Assembly (NCBI GenBank): GCA_030688545.1
Contig: JAUYHT010000006.1
Location: forward strand, 300,001 to 332,000
Reading direction: 5' to 3'
Source of the DNA: Candidatus Iainarchaeum sp.
GTDB lineage: Archaea > Iainarchaeota > Iainarchaeia > Iainarchaeales > VGJJ01
Length of the DNA: 32,000 nt
This document shows, one piece after another, positions 1 through 7,200 of this stretch; positions within the stretch are counted from its first letter, which is position 1; each line of letters starts with the position of its first letter. The notes beneath the pieces were generated by a model. It worked only from the letters and a program-made list of their open reading frames with translations, was not told the DNA's origin and searched no databases. Made by a program: the position numbers and the translations under genes.

Positions 1-366
1 CGCCATGGTGGCGAGGGCGTGCATGGGTTGGGGGATGTTCCATTGGTAATTGTATGCGTCCTTATAGGATTTGGCTCCTTTGGGGAGGATGGTTTCTTGG
101 GTCTTCTCCGAGAGGGCTTTTCCTATGTTTTCGAATGTCCCTTTGGGATGGCTTCCTTTCGCCGCTTCCATGGCGTGGTATTCCTCCTCGTATATTTTTT
201 TGGCCTTTTCAATCCCTTTTTTGGCCCCTCGGGTAATCGTCCGAGTGGAATAGAAAACCATGTACACGAGAAATAGCAGGCCGCCTGCGATTAGCCAGAA
301 TAGGTTTCCCGTCGCCGCGAGCGCCACGAGAATGACTAATAGCAGAATCCATCCTCCCTCACTCAT
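1..366 (-). CDS. membrane protein, N-terminal 122 codons only (gene runs off the left window edge)
   Basis: Absent from the ORF track because it is truncated. The minus-strand frame is open from ATG 366-364 down to base 1: MSEGGWILLLVILVALAATGNLFWLIAGGLLFLVYMVFYST... This gives two hydrophobic helices followed by a K/E-rich soluble part. Its ATG overlaps the TAA of the upstream ORF by one base (TAATG). No family recognised. Confidence 0.45.
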   Translation of the reverse strand, partial: MSEGGWILLLVILVALAATGNLFWLIAGGLLFLVYMVFYSTRTITRGAKKGIEKAKKIYEEEYHAMEAAKGSHPKGTFENIGKALSEKTQETILPKGAKSYKDAYNYQWNIPQPMHALATMA

Positions 367-731
367 TAGTGGCCGCCCCCCATGCCTCCAAATCCACCCA
401 TTCCTCCTCCCATGCCGCCGCCCATACCCCCATCCATTCCCTGGAGCATCGCCAGCATGTCGGGGGACATCGCGGCCTGTTCCTCCGAAGGCTTCACTCC
501 CACAAAATAGGCCAATCCCACGAGCGCCACGACGACATAGAGTAATTCTCCTTTCAGCGCCCCCCCGAAGATGAAAAATACGACCCCTGTCACGAGCGTG
601 AGCAATATTCCCGGAATTGAGCGTAGGCTGATGAGCAAAAATACGAGGATGGCGAGGCTCAGCCAGATCTGGCTGTATTGCATGGTGAAGGCCAGCAGGA
701 ACACCGCCACCGCGTACGTGAAGGAGTCCAT
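366..731 (-). CDS. small polytopic membrane protein with C-terminal Gly/Met repeat tail (GGMGGGMGGGMGGFGGMGGGH)
   Basis: 121-aa ORF with an ATG start, 3-4 hydrophobic segments, and a periodic GGM tail encoded at about 369-431. No family recognised. Confidence 0.55.
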   Translation of the reverse strand: MDSFTYAVAVFLLAFTMQYSQIWLSLAILVFLLISLRSIPGILLTLVTGVVFFIFGGALKGELLYVVVALVGLAYFVGVKPSEEQAAMSPDMLAMLQGMDGGMGGGMGGGMGGFGGMGGGH

Positions 732-738
732 GCGTCGT

Positions 739-981
739 TCACTTCCCGAAGACGTTCACTTTGGTGAAAACGTCTTTTCCGAATGTAGCGAAAGCCCATA
801 AAAAAACGAGCCCCCACACGAGCTCGGGAAACTGGTAAAACGTGAGGAACATGATTACAAGGGCCGTGACGAAAGCGAGCTTGGTGCTCCCCACATTTCC
901 TTTGGCCCAGTTGTAGATCCAGATGAATAGGAATATGGTGATGGCCAATTGGACGTTTTCCGTGAGGGATTGGAGGAGCAT
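739..981 (-). CDS. small membrane protein (80 aa, about 3 hydrophobic helices)
   Basis: ATG start at 981. A TATA-like CCCTTAAATAAGGGG lies about 31 nt upstream. The gene sits 7 nt from the next ORF. No family recognised. Confidence 0.5.
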   Translation of the reverse strand: MLLQSLTENVQLAITIFLFIWIYNWAKGNVGSTKLAFVTALVIMFLTFYQFPELVWGLVFLWAFATFGKDVFTKVNVFGK

Positions 982-1004
982 GCGCTCCTATTTTGGACGA
1001 AATC

Positions 1005-1019
1005 CCCTTATTTAAGGGA
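1005..1019 (-). promoter_or_regulatory. TATA-like box (TTAAATAA on the minus strand) upstream of the small membrane-protein genes
   Basis: Minus strand reads CCCTTAAATAAGGGG, centred about 31 nt upstream of ATG 981. The spacing fits a short-leader or leaderless archaeal transcript. Confidence 0.3.
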
Positions 1020-1039
1020 ATGGTCATTTTGGAGAAAAG

Positions 1040-1774
1040 TTATCCGGAGGCGGCCTCGTCGTAGCGGGAAAAACGTCCTCTCCCTCGTCCCCCATTCCCA
1101 CCCATGCGGGGTCGGCGTTTGCGCGCACCATCGTCATCCCCTTCCCGCACCGGGTGTTCGAACTCTTCGGGCGTCCTGGTAAAGGATTCTTCATCCGCGA
1201 TCTTTCCCGTTCCGATTAAATAGCCCCGGGCCAGGAGCCAATAGATGAGGGCCAGGGATTTGCGCCCTTTATTGTTCACGGGAAGAACCACATCGATGTT
1301 TCTGAGTTCATTGTTCGTTGATGCTAATGCCACTACAGCTGCCCGGGCGAGGGAGGCTTCTTGGATGGCTTGCACATCGGACTCTGGTTCGGTGATGATG
1401 ACCACTTTGGGTTGTAAAAATTCCTTCCCTTCGGGATTGGTAAATGTTCCGGGCACGAATCGTCCGGTGAGCGCGCGGCATCCGATGGTCGCGGCGAATT
1501 CTTCAACCGGTGTTTTCCCATACATCTTTCGGCTGACCACAATAATTTCATGCGGGGCATACCGGGAGAGGAATTGTCCCACGTGCTTGACGCGTTGGTC
1601 AATCATCTGGATATCCAGCACTTTTAGCCCGTCCCGACGCTGTTTGTAGATGTACTTTCCCATATCCCCTGATTTGAATCGGGCGCCGATGTGGGCACCG
1701 GAAGTAAGGTATTTCTCCATGAGGGGATTAGTCCCGACGGGGGTGTTCTGGATATCATCTTGTTTGTCAGTCAT
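1040..1774 (-). CDS. rps2: 30S ribosomal protein uS2
   Basis: Motifs YLTSGAHIGARFKSGDM, VLDIQMIDQRV and LPVNNKGRKSLALIYWLLAR. The track ORF begins at TTG 1780 and the first ATG is at 1774. There is a C-terminal RGG-like tail (GGNGGRGRGRF). Confidence 0.95.
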   Translation of the reverse strand: MTDKQDDIQNTPVGTNPLMEKYLTSGAHIGARFKSGDMGKYIYKQRRDGLKVLDIQMIDQRVKHVGQFLSRYAPHEIIVVSRKMYGKTPVEEFAATIGCRALTGRFVPGTFTNPEGKEFLQPKVVIITEPESDVQAIQEASLARAAVVALASTNNELRNIDVVLPVNNKGRKSLALIYWLLARGYLIGTGKIADEESFTRTPEEFEHPVREGDDDGARKRRPRMGGNGGRGRGRFSRYDEAASG

Positions 1775-1780
1775 CGGCAA

Positions 1781-1975
1781 TCACACGTTATATCGCATCA
1801 CGTCATCGATTAATTCGACATGACTGCGGAGCATTCGTCGGCAACAATACCTTGTTATCCCCAATTCTTGGAAAATATCTTCCCATTTCTCTCCCTTCTT
1901 GACACGGGATTGAATTTCGTCATGGTATCCCGCGACGGGTTTTCCGCATGAGAAGCATCGTACTGGCATGATCAT
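1781..1975 (-). CDS. rpoN: DNA-directed RNA polymerase subunit N (Rpo10)
   Basis: MIMPVRCFSCGKPV...ITRYCCRRML zinc motif, 64 aa, in the canonical position after rps9. Confidence 0.95.
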   Translation of the reverse strand: MIMPVRCFSCGKPVAGYHDEIQSRVKKGEKWEDIFQELGITRYCCRRMLRSHVELIDDVMRYNV

Positions 1976-1990
1976 ATGGTTCCCTCCGAA

Positions 1991-2398
1991 TCAGCGTTTG
2001 GAATGCTGTTTCTTCCTCCGTGCTTTGGGCCCTAAAGGTTTCTTTGGTTCGGTCCGCCGGGGATCGTCCACGAGGAGCATCCGGTCGTATTGGAGGTATT
2101 TCTTTCGCAGGTCATCCCCTAGATGTTCCGCTAAGGCTTTGGCCAGCGTGGCCCTAACCGCCACCGCTTGGGACATGGGCCCTGATCCCTGCACCCTGAC
2201 ATCAAAATCGAATGCATGGGCCGCTTCCCCCGCCAGGAGCAATGGTTCCCGGATAAAGGTTTGTACCTCAGGGGGTTCCACGAGATTCAGGTGGCGGGCA
2301 TTGATCCTCACCACCCCCCTCCCGGGAGAGATGATGGTTTTGGCGATAGCCTCTTTCTTCTTGGCCTTGAACATCATTTGCTTTTTCCGTTTCGCCAT
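1991..2398 (-). CDS. rps9: 30S ribosomal protein uS9
   Basis: C-terminus DPRRTEPKKPLGPKARRKKQHSKR. The track start at 2407 is GTG. The first ATG is at 2398, 6 nt after the rpl13 stop. Confidence 0.93.
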   Translation of the reverse strand: MAKRKKQMMFKAKKKEAIAKTIISPGRGVVRINARHLNLVEPPEVQTFIREPLLLAGEAAHAFDFDVRVQGSGPMSQAVAVRATLAKALAEHLGDDLRKKYLQYDRMLLVDDPRRTEPKKPLGPKARRKKQHSKR

Positions 2399-2403
2399 GT
2401 CAT

Positions 2404-2898
2404 TCACCTGTCTTTCAATCCGGTGTACCCGATGGATTCGGCTAATTGCAACACGCTAAAAACCCCTTTGGCTCTCTGATTGCGGGCTTTTTCCAGTGGT
2501 TCAAATGTTTTTCCTTCATATTGGGTGGGTGTCCCGATGTAAACCCGCAAACGCCGCAGAGCCTCGCGTCCCCGCATCCGTTTGGAGGGCAACATCCCCT
2601 CGATGATCTCTTTGAGGATGCGGTCGGGCATTTTAGAGAAGCGGGGTCCGAATTCAGGATTTCCTTTGGGACGTAAATCAAGTCGTTTTTGCCAGCGGGT
2701 CGAGAGCACGATGGGATTTCCAGTGAAAACGGCCTTCTCCGCATTCACAATAATCACACGCTTCCCCTTCAGCAAGTCTTGCGCCACGTGAGAAGCCAGA
2801 CGCCCGACCACGAGATTAGTCGCATCGACATGGTGTGTCGCATCCCCCCTACTGGGTGGGGAGGAAGCTGGTTTTTTAGTTATAGGGGGGTTGGTCAT
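2404..2898 (-). CDS. rpl13: 50S ribosomal protein uL13
   Basis: VDATNLVVGRLASHVAQDLLKGKRVIIVNAEK, with an ATG start. Confidence 0.95.
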   Translation of the reverse strand: MTNPPITKKPASSPPSRGDATHHVDATNLVVGRLASHVAQDLLKGKRVIIVNAEKAVFTGNPIVLSTRWQKRLDLRPKGNPEFGPRFSKMPDRILKEIIEGMLPSKRMRGREALRRLRVYIGTPTQYEGKTFEPLEKARNQRAKGVFSVLQLAESIGYTGLKDR

Positions 2899-2899
2899 T

Positions 2900-3268
2900 C
2901 TATTTCACCACCATCATCCGAGAGGAAGGAATATTGTTTTCAATCAATTGGGCGAGCGTGTAAATCGTTCCTTGCTTCCCCGTGATTTTATCTCTCGCCG
3001 CCTGCGAGAACCCCAGGGCGGCCACTTCCATCTTCTCAGAAACATCCCCTTTCCCCATGACTTTTCCGGGGACGACGAATACCTTGTCCTTGAATCGGAT
3101 GGCCATCCCATTGAGATGATCCACATTCACTTCCGCCCGGTTGCGGGTGGAAGTTTGGATGAGCGTGGCGAGCGTGCGGAACACATTCTGCTTGGTCTTT
3201 TTTCCCTGCTTGTCCAACTGCACCACGAGTTGTCGCGTCATTGGATTGGTTGGTCCGCTTCGTTTCAT
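2900..3268 (-). CDS. rpl18e: 50S ribosomal protein eL18 (L18e)
   Basis: MKRSGPTNPMTRQLVVQLDKQ...VVPGKVMGKGDV. The internal ATG at 3268 is preceded by CAGGTGA, a Shine-Dalgarno-like sequence. The longer track ORF (to 3544) runs through the tRNA gene and is rejected. Confidence 0.9.
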   Translation of the reverse strand: MKRSGPTNPMTRQLVVQLDKQGKKTKQNVFRTLATLIQTSTRNRAEVNVDHLNGMAIRFKDKVFVVPGKVMGKGDVSEKMEVAALGFSQAARDKITGKQGTIYTLAQLIENNIPSSRMMVVK

Positions 3269-3319
3269 TTTTTTCACCTGATAATATTCTTTTCTTTTTT
3301 TGGCCACCGGGAAATTAGA

Positions 3320-3398
3320 AAAAGGTTGGCGAAAACCTTTTAGCCGGGAGGTTTCCGAGAAACCTCCCCATGTCCAAACGCCCAAATGGAATTTGGGC
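3320..3398 (-). other. three consecutive perfect stem-loops in the tRNA-Leu / rpl18e spacer
   Basis: On the minus strand: GCCCAAAT-TCC-ATTTGGGC (3398-3380), GGGAGGTTTC-TCG-GAAACCTCCC (3368-3346) and AAAAGGTT-TTCGCC-AACCTTTT (3341-3320). The last runs into a T5 tract. Confidence 0.6.
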
Positions 3399-3399
3399 A

Positions 3400-3483
3400 T
3401 GCACGGGGGAGGATTCGAACCTCCGAAGGCACTAAGCCACCAGATCTTAAGTCTGGCCCCTTTGACCGCTCGGGAACCCGTGC
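3400..3483 (-). tRNA. tRNA-Leu (anticodon UAA), class II with a long variable arm
   Basis: The reverse complement folds as a cloverleaf: acceptor GCACGGG/CCCGTGC, D arm CCC-GAGCGGTCAAA-GGG, anticodon arm CCAGA-CTTAAGA-TCTGG, variable arm with GGC/GCC stem, T arm GGAGG-TTCGAAT-CCTCC, discriminator A. No CCA is encoded. Confidence 0.92.
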
Positions 3484-3485
3484 CA

Positions 3486-3592
3486 CAAACTTTTTGGGAA
3501 AAAGTTTGATCAAAAACCTTTCCTCTTGAAAAAAGTTTGATCAAAAAACCCTTTCCTTTTGGAAAAAGGCTTAATCAAACAAACTTTTCATT
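3486..3592. repeat. hairpin plus three ~31-33-bp tandem repeats (core AAAAAGTTTGATCAAAAA), locus 1
   Basis: 10-bp inverted repeat CAAACTTTTT-GGG-AAAAAGTTTG (3486-3508). Units are at 3497-3527, 3528-3560 and 3561-3592 (the last degenerate). The GATC of the first unit lies about 26 nt upstream of the tRNA-Leu 5' end. Confidence 0.85.
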
Positions 3593-3727
3593 GTGGAATA
3601 ATCCCGAAGAATTGGCTATCCCCCCGTTTTCTTTTTGGGAAATCTGGGGGGTCAAAACCGCTTCCATCTAGGAAAATGGCTCCGAATCGGTTAAAAGGCG
3701 CTAGGGGCAGTGGGTGCCTCTGGCTGG

Positions 3728-4501
3728 TCACAATCCATCTTTCACCCGGTCGGCGAAGTCTTTTGCTTTGCTTTCCATAATCGAAATGGCCTCTTCTACG
3801 AGCTGCCTGGTTGAGAGGGCCCCGGTTCCTTCCATCGTCATGACGAACCCGCTTTCATCTGGGTCGACTTGGATGATTCCCGCGCCACCCACTTCCTCGC
3901 AATGCCCGCAGAGGGTGCAGTCGCTCGGTTCCGTGATGCTGATCTTCTTTCCTTTCATTTCAATGATGTTCACGGGACAGCTCTTCACCAGCTTTTCTCC
4001 CATTTCGGGGGAAATATTCTCATTAATCGTGAATAGGGGTAACATGCGGTAGCCCACGATGGCGGGTTGGTATTTGACATGATCCTTCCCCACCCCCACG
4101 ACGCATTCCCCTTCCAGCCGAATGTGTTGATCGGCTTTGAGCTTAGCCAGGGGAATCTTTTTGTCCAGGACTTGGATTCCCTCATCCAGGATCTTGATGT
4201 CCCCGCTGTACACCGTGCAGGGTCCTTCTGCTTCAAGGGTCATTTTCACTTTGTCTCCCAGTTTGTAGGATTTGGGATCCATGGAAATAGGAACCAGTCC
4301 CAATCGGTGTCCTATGAATTCGTCGAATAACACCCCATTGTTTTCATAGATACTCAGTTCCTCAATGGCGAGCGTAGGTACTTCAGACATGATGATGCGG
4401 CGCAAGGCGTTCATCGTCGCCAGATTTGTCCCTTTGACCAGGAGTTGGGTTCGGCTCCCTTTCTCCGACAAAACTTTTATCACGTTTCTCGCCATGTTCA
4501 T
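3728..4501 (-). CDS. rpoD: DNA-directed RNA polymerase subunit D (Rpo3) with ferredoxin-like Cys cluster
   Basis: NALRRIIMSEVPTLAIE, GHRLGLVPI and CPVN...C-x2-C-x2-C (DCTLCGHCEEV). An alternative ATG at 4495 has a better-spaced GAGGG. Confidence 0.93.
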   Translation of the reverse strand: MNMARNVIKVLSEKGSRTQLLVKGTNLATMNALRRIIMSEVPTLAIEELSIYENNGVLFDEFIGHRLGLVPISMDPKSYKLGDKVKMTLEAEGPCTVYSGDIKILDEGIQVLDKKIPLAKLKADQHIRLEGECVVGVGKDHVKYQPAIVGYRMLPLFTINENISPEMGEKLVKSCPVNIIEMKGKKISITEPSDCTLCGHCEEVGGAGIIQVDPDESGFVMTMEGTGALSTRQLVEEAISIMESKAKDFADRVKDGL

Positions 4502-4507
4502 TCCCTC

Positions 4508-4897
4508 TTAGACCTTTTTGCTCCGGTGTTTTTTCTTCTTGCGTGTCCCATCATGGGGAACAGGGGTTACATTCTCGATGGAAATAATCCGCATCCCATT
4601 CCGTGTCAAGCTCCGGATGGCGGCTTCGGCTCCCTGCCCGGGATTGCGGGGTCGGATGCCCCCTTTCGCGCGCACTCTCACGTGGACTTGGTCGATGCCT
4701 TTTTCCCGTGCTTTCTGCGCGATGGTTTCGGCGATCTTCATGGCGGCATAAGGGCTTCCTTCTTTGTGTTGGGTCTTGATAACCACTCCCCCTGAGCACT
4801 TGGCAAGGGTTTCCGCTCCCGTCACATCGGTGAGGAGCATAATCGTATTGTTGTGCGTCGCGAACACGTGGATCAGTCCTATTTTGTCGTTGGCCAT
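4508..4897 (-). CDS. rps11: 30S ribosomal protein uS11
   Basis: GLIHVFATHNNTIMLLTDVTGAETLAKCSGG, plus the C-terminal TPVPHDGTRKKK. Confidence 0.95.
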   Translation of the reverse strand: MANDKIGLIHVFATHNNTIMLLTDVTGAETLAKCSGGVVIKTQHKEGSPYAAMKIAETIAQKAREKGIDQVHVRVRAKGGIRPRNPGQGAEAAIRSLTRNGMRIISIENVTPVPHDGTRKKKKHRSKKV

Positions 4898-4903
4898 GGG
4901 GGT

Positions 4904-5545
4904 TCACTTCCCTTCCTCGGTGGCGTCGGCTGCTTCGGGAGATACAGGAGCTTCTCCTTCTTCTCCGACTAATGGGGTTTCAACCCCTTGGGGTTCGCCG
5001 CGGGCTTCCGCGAATTCATTCTCCAATTGTTTCCGGTCCTTCTCTTTCCCATCCGGGGATAGGAGAATCATGGGCTTCCCATAGTAGGCCAGGGCGACCT
5101 CTTCATCCTTGGTTACAACATAGGAGGGAATCGTCACTTTCTTTCCATTCAGGGAAATGTGTCCATGCGTGATGAATTGGCGGGCTTGTTTGGAGGTGTT
5201 GGCCAGGCGCTTGCGCCACACCACGGTTTGGAGGCGTCGTTCGAGGAAGCTGTCAACCGTGAGGGAGAGCACATCATTGAGCGTGGGTTTTCCCCGCATG
5301 ATGCCCAGTTTAATCATGTTGTCTAAAAGTTCTTTCTCCCGGGCCGGTCGTTCTTCTAGAGGGAGGGCCAGCACCGCTTTGGCGTTGGCGCGTTTCTTCC
5401 GTAATATGGCTTCGACCCGTCGGAGTTCTCGCTTATTGGTCAAGCCGTAGGAATCGACCATCTGTCGCTCGTGTTCCAGAATTTTCCGGTCCCACGGTTT
5501 CTTGGGGCTCCCATATTTCTTTTTCAAGTGTCGCGGATCACCCAT
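4904..5545 (-). CDS. rps4: 30S ribosomal protein uS4 with acidic C-terminal extension
   Basis: MGDPRHLKKKYGSPKKPWDR...YGLTNKRELRRVE, then an S4 domain, followed by about 35 extra E/G/A-rich residues. Confidence 0.93.
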   Translation of the reverse strand: MGDPRHLKKKYGSPKKPWDRKILEHERQMVDSYGLTNKRELRRVEAILRKKRANAKAVLALPLEERPAREKELLDNMIKLGIMRGKPTLNDVLSLTVDSFLERRLQTVVWRKRLANTSKQARQFITHGHISLNGKKVTIPSYVVTKDEEVALAYYGKPMILLSPDGKEKDRKQLENEFAEARGEPQGVETPLVGEEGEAPVSPEAADATEEGK

Positions 5546-5551
5546 AAAATA

Positions 5552-6037
5552 TCACTTCTTCTCTCCCTTCGTGGCGGGAGCCTCTTTCTTCTTATCCACA
5601 CCCACCGAGGCGCCTCGTTTTCGTCCACTCGTCTTGGTGCGTTGCCCGCGTACGGTTAGTCCGAGGGAGTGTCGCACGCCTTTGTAGGAGTGCAATTTCT
5701 TCATCGTCTGCAAATCATTCCGGATGGCGAAATCCAGGTCGTTCATGACGAGATGGCCATCTTTTCCGGCAATGGCTTGGCGGCGATTAACAGCCCACAG
5801 GGGCACCTGATGGAGCAGTGGGTTCAGCACGATCTGTTCGAGGTGGGCATCCATGTCTTCTGGGAGTTCCCCGATCTTAGTCAAGTGGGATACGTGGTGC
5901 ACCCGTTCGAATTCATAAGCGAGGATGCGTGCCATGCGCGTGCCGATCCCCTTGATCTCGGCGAGGGCGTGATAAATAGGTTTGTTCCCATTCAAGTCGC
6001 GTCCGGCGATACGCACGATATATCGGTTCTCAGCCAT
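5552..6037 (-). CDS. rps13: 30S ribosomal protein uS13
   Basis: YIVRIAGRDLNGNKPIYHALAEIKGIGTRMA and KGVRHSLGLTVRGQRTKT. Confidence 0.95.
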   Translation of the reverse strand: MAENRYIVRIAGRDLNGNKPIYHALAEIKGIGTRMARILAYEFERVHHVSHLTKIGELPEDMDAHLEQIVLNPLLHQVPLWAVNRRQAIAGKDGHLVMNDLDFAIRNDLQTMKKLHSYKGVRHSLGLTVRGQRTKTSGRKRGASVGVDKKKEAPATKGEKK

Positions 6038-6054
6038 AACTATTCATTTTCCCC

Positions 6055-6279
6055 CTAATTCCCCTTCAACATGTCGGTGATATCTTTATGCGTATAATCG
6101 GCGGCCAGTTTTACTTTCTTCTCGGTTGGGATGAGATGACGCACATTGCATTTCCTTTTGGTCCGCGCTCCTTCCGCTAATACGAATCCATCTTTCAATG
6201 CTCCGACGACGACTATTTTTTTCCCCGCGTCTCTCCCAGAGGATTTGTAACAAACCCGGCCTATTTCAAAAAGGGTCAT
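6055..6279 (-). CDS. rpl14e: 50S ribosomal protein eL14 (L14e)
   Basis: 74 aa, KOW-like EIGRVCYKSSGRDAGKKIVVV...KRKCNVRHLIPT. ATGA overlap with rpl34e. Confidence 0.88.
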   Translation of the reverse strand: MTLFEIGRVCYKSSGRDAGKKIVVVGALKDGFVLAEGARTKRKCNVRHLIPTEKKVKLAADYTHKDITDMLKGN

Positions 6280-6617
6280 GCGGCTTCCCTCCGGAGGAGG
6301 TGATCGACATACGGTTGAAGGGGCAGATCTACATCGCCTATGGTTTTCTTTCCCGCGGCCACGAGGGCCATTTCATGCACCACGCGCCTTCGCGCCTTTG
6401 TTCCCAGGATGCCTCCAAATGGAACAGAAGGTCGGCGATGGGTCTTGGCGAGCTTGCTCATCTTTTTAGGATTCGTCCCATGGGGAACGCCATGCAGCAC
6501 TTCATTGGTGAGGGCAGAGCGGAGTATTTTTCGTTTTTTATCGCGAACTACCATTCGGGTCCCTTTGGCGGTCTTGCGGAACCCGCGGAGTTTTCGTCGA
6601 TCGGATTTGTTGGGCAT
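6276..6617 (-). CDS. rpl34e: 50S ribosomal protein eL34 (L34e), Cys-less variant
   Basis: RKTAKGTRMVVRDKKRK...LHGVPHG...RRPSVPFGG. The usual zinc-binding Cys positions appear to be occupied by other residues. Confidence 0.85.
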   Translation of the reverse strand: MPNKSDRRKLRGFRKTAKGTRMVVRDKKRKILRSALTNEVLHGVPHGTNPKKMSKLAKTHRRPSVPFGGILGTKARRRVVHEMALVAAGKKTIGDVDLPLQPYVDHLLRREAA

Positions 6618-6623
6618 GGTTTT

Positions 6624-7091
6624 TCACGTTCCAGATAATATCTTCTTTTCCGCGCGGTCTTCATATAGGGCGAGCACGCGGTTCACCGTAAAACTGATGA
6701 TCAAGCTGCAGAGCATATACCACCAGAACCAATCCGCCTGATCCCACACGAGGGTGAGGGGGAAAAACAGATCGATTTTGGCTTCATGATATATGCTGGT
6801 GGCGAATACGAACAGCGGCAGCACGACGAGGATAGATCCAATCATCATCTTGGGCATGTGTTTCATGCTCTTGGTGGTGAGTTCCATCATCTCGCGTTGG
6901 ACGCGGTCGATTTCGTCTTTGCTGGCCCCTCCTTTTTTCAATAGTTCCCGGTGCTCCTGACTCTTGGCTTTCATCTCTTTCTGATTTTTCCTGAATTCCT
7001 TCCGGTCGATCAGCACGATTTGCAGGATTTGAGATACGAATACGATTGCGCCCGCAATCAACACCAAATCCACGCCCGCATTGATTAACAT
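6624..7091 (-). CDS. DUF106-family membrane protein (archaeal YidC/Oxa1-like insertase, MJ0480 type)
   Basis: TM1, then a K/E-rich coiled hairpin (KEFRKNQKEMKAKSQEHRELLKKG...VQREMMELTTKSMKHMPKMM), then two more TMs. It is in the canonical position downstream of secY. Confidence 0.8.
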   Translation of the reverse strand: MLINAGVDLVLIAGAIVFVSQILQIVLIDRKEFRKNQKEMKAKSQEHRELLKKGGASKDEIDRVQREMMELTTKSMKHMPKMMIGSILVVLPLFVFATSIYHEAKIDLFFPLTLVWDQADWFWWYMLCSLIISFTVNRVLALYEDRAEKKILSGT

Positions 7092-7200
7092 CGTGTTTTA
7101 GACGAAAAACCCCCTTTTTCCAGGTGAAAAGGCAGGTCCTCGTCACCTACACCCCCTGGGGAATGTTTTAAAAGGTATCAAGGGTTCCGCGTCGTTCCTC

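Noticed and set aside
3269-3544. N-terminal 92 codons of the 214-aa track ORF for L18e
   Set aside because: This part runs straight through the tRNA-Leu gene and the hairpin spacer. L18e homology begins at the internal ATG 3268, which has a GGTGA element upstream.
3486-3592. Possibility that the tandem repeats at 3486-3592 and 24576-24683 are mini CRISPR arrays
   Set aside because: There are only three units per locus. The units abut each other with no unique spacers, they are A/T-rich and degenerate, and there are no cas genes. This is not CRISPR architecture.
3559-3780. 73-aa plus-strand ORF in the rpoD-tRNA spacer
   Set aside because: It starts inside the degenerate third repeat unit, overlaps the rpoD 3' end, has no start signals, and has an arbitrary composition.
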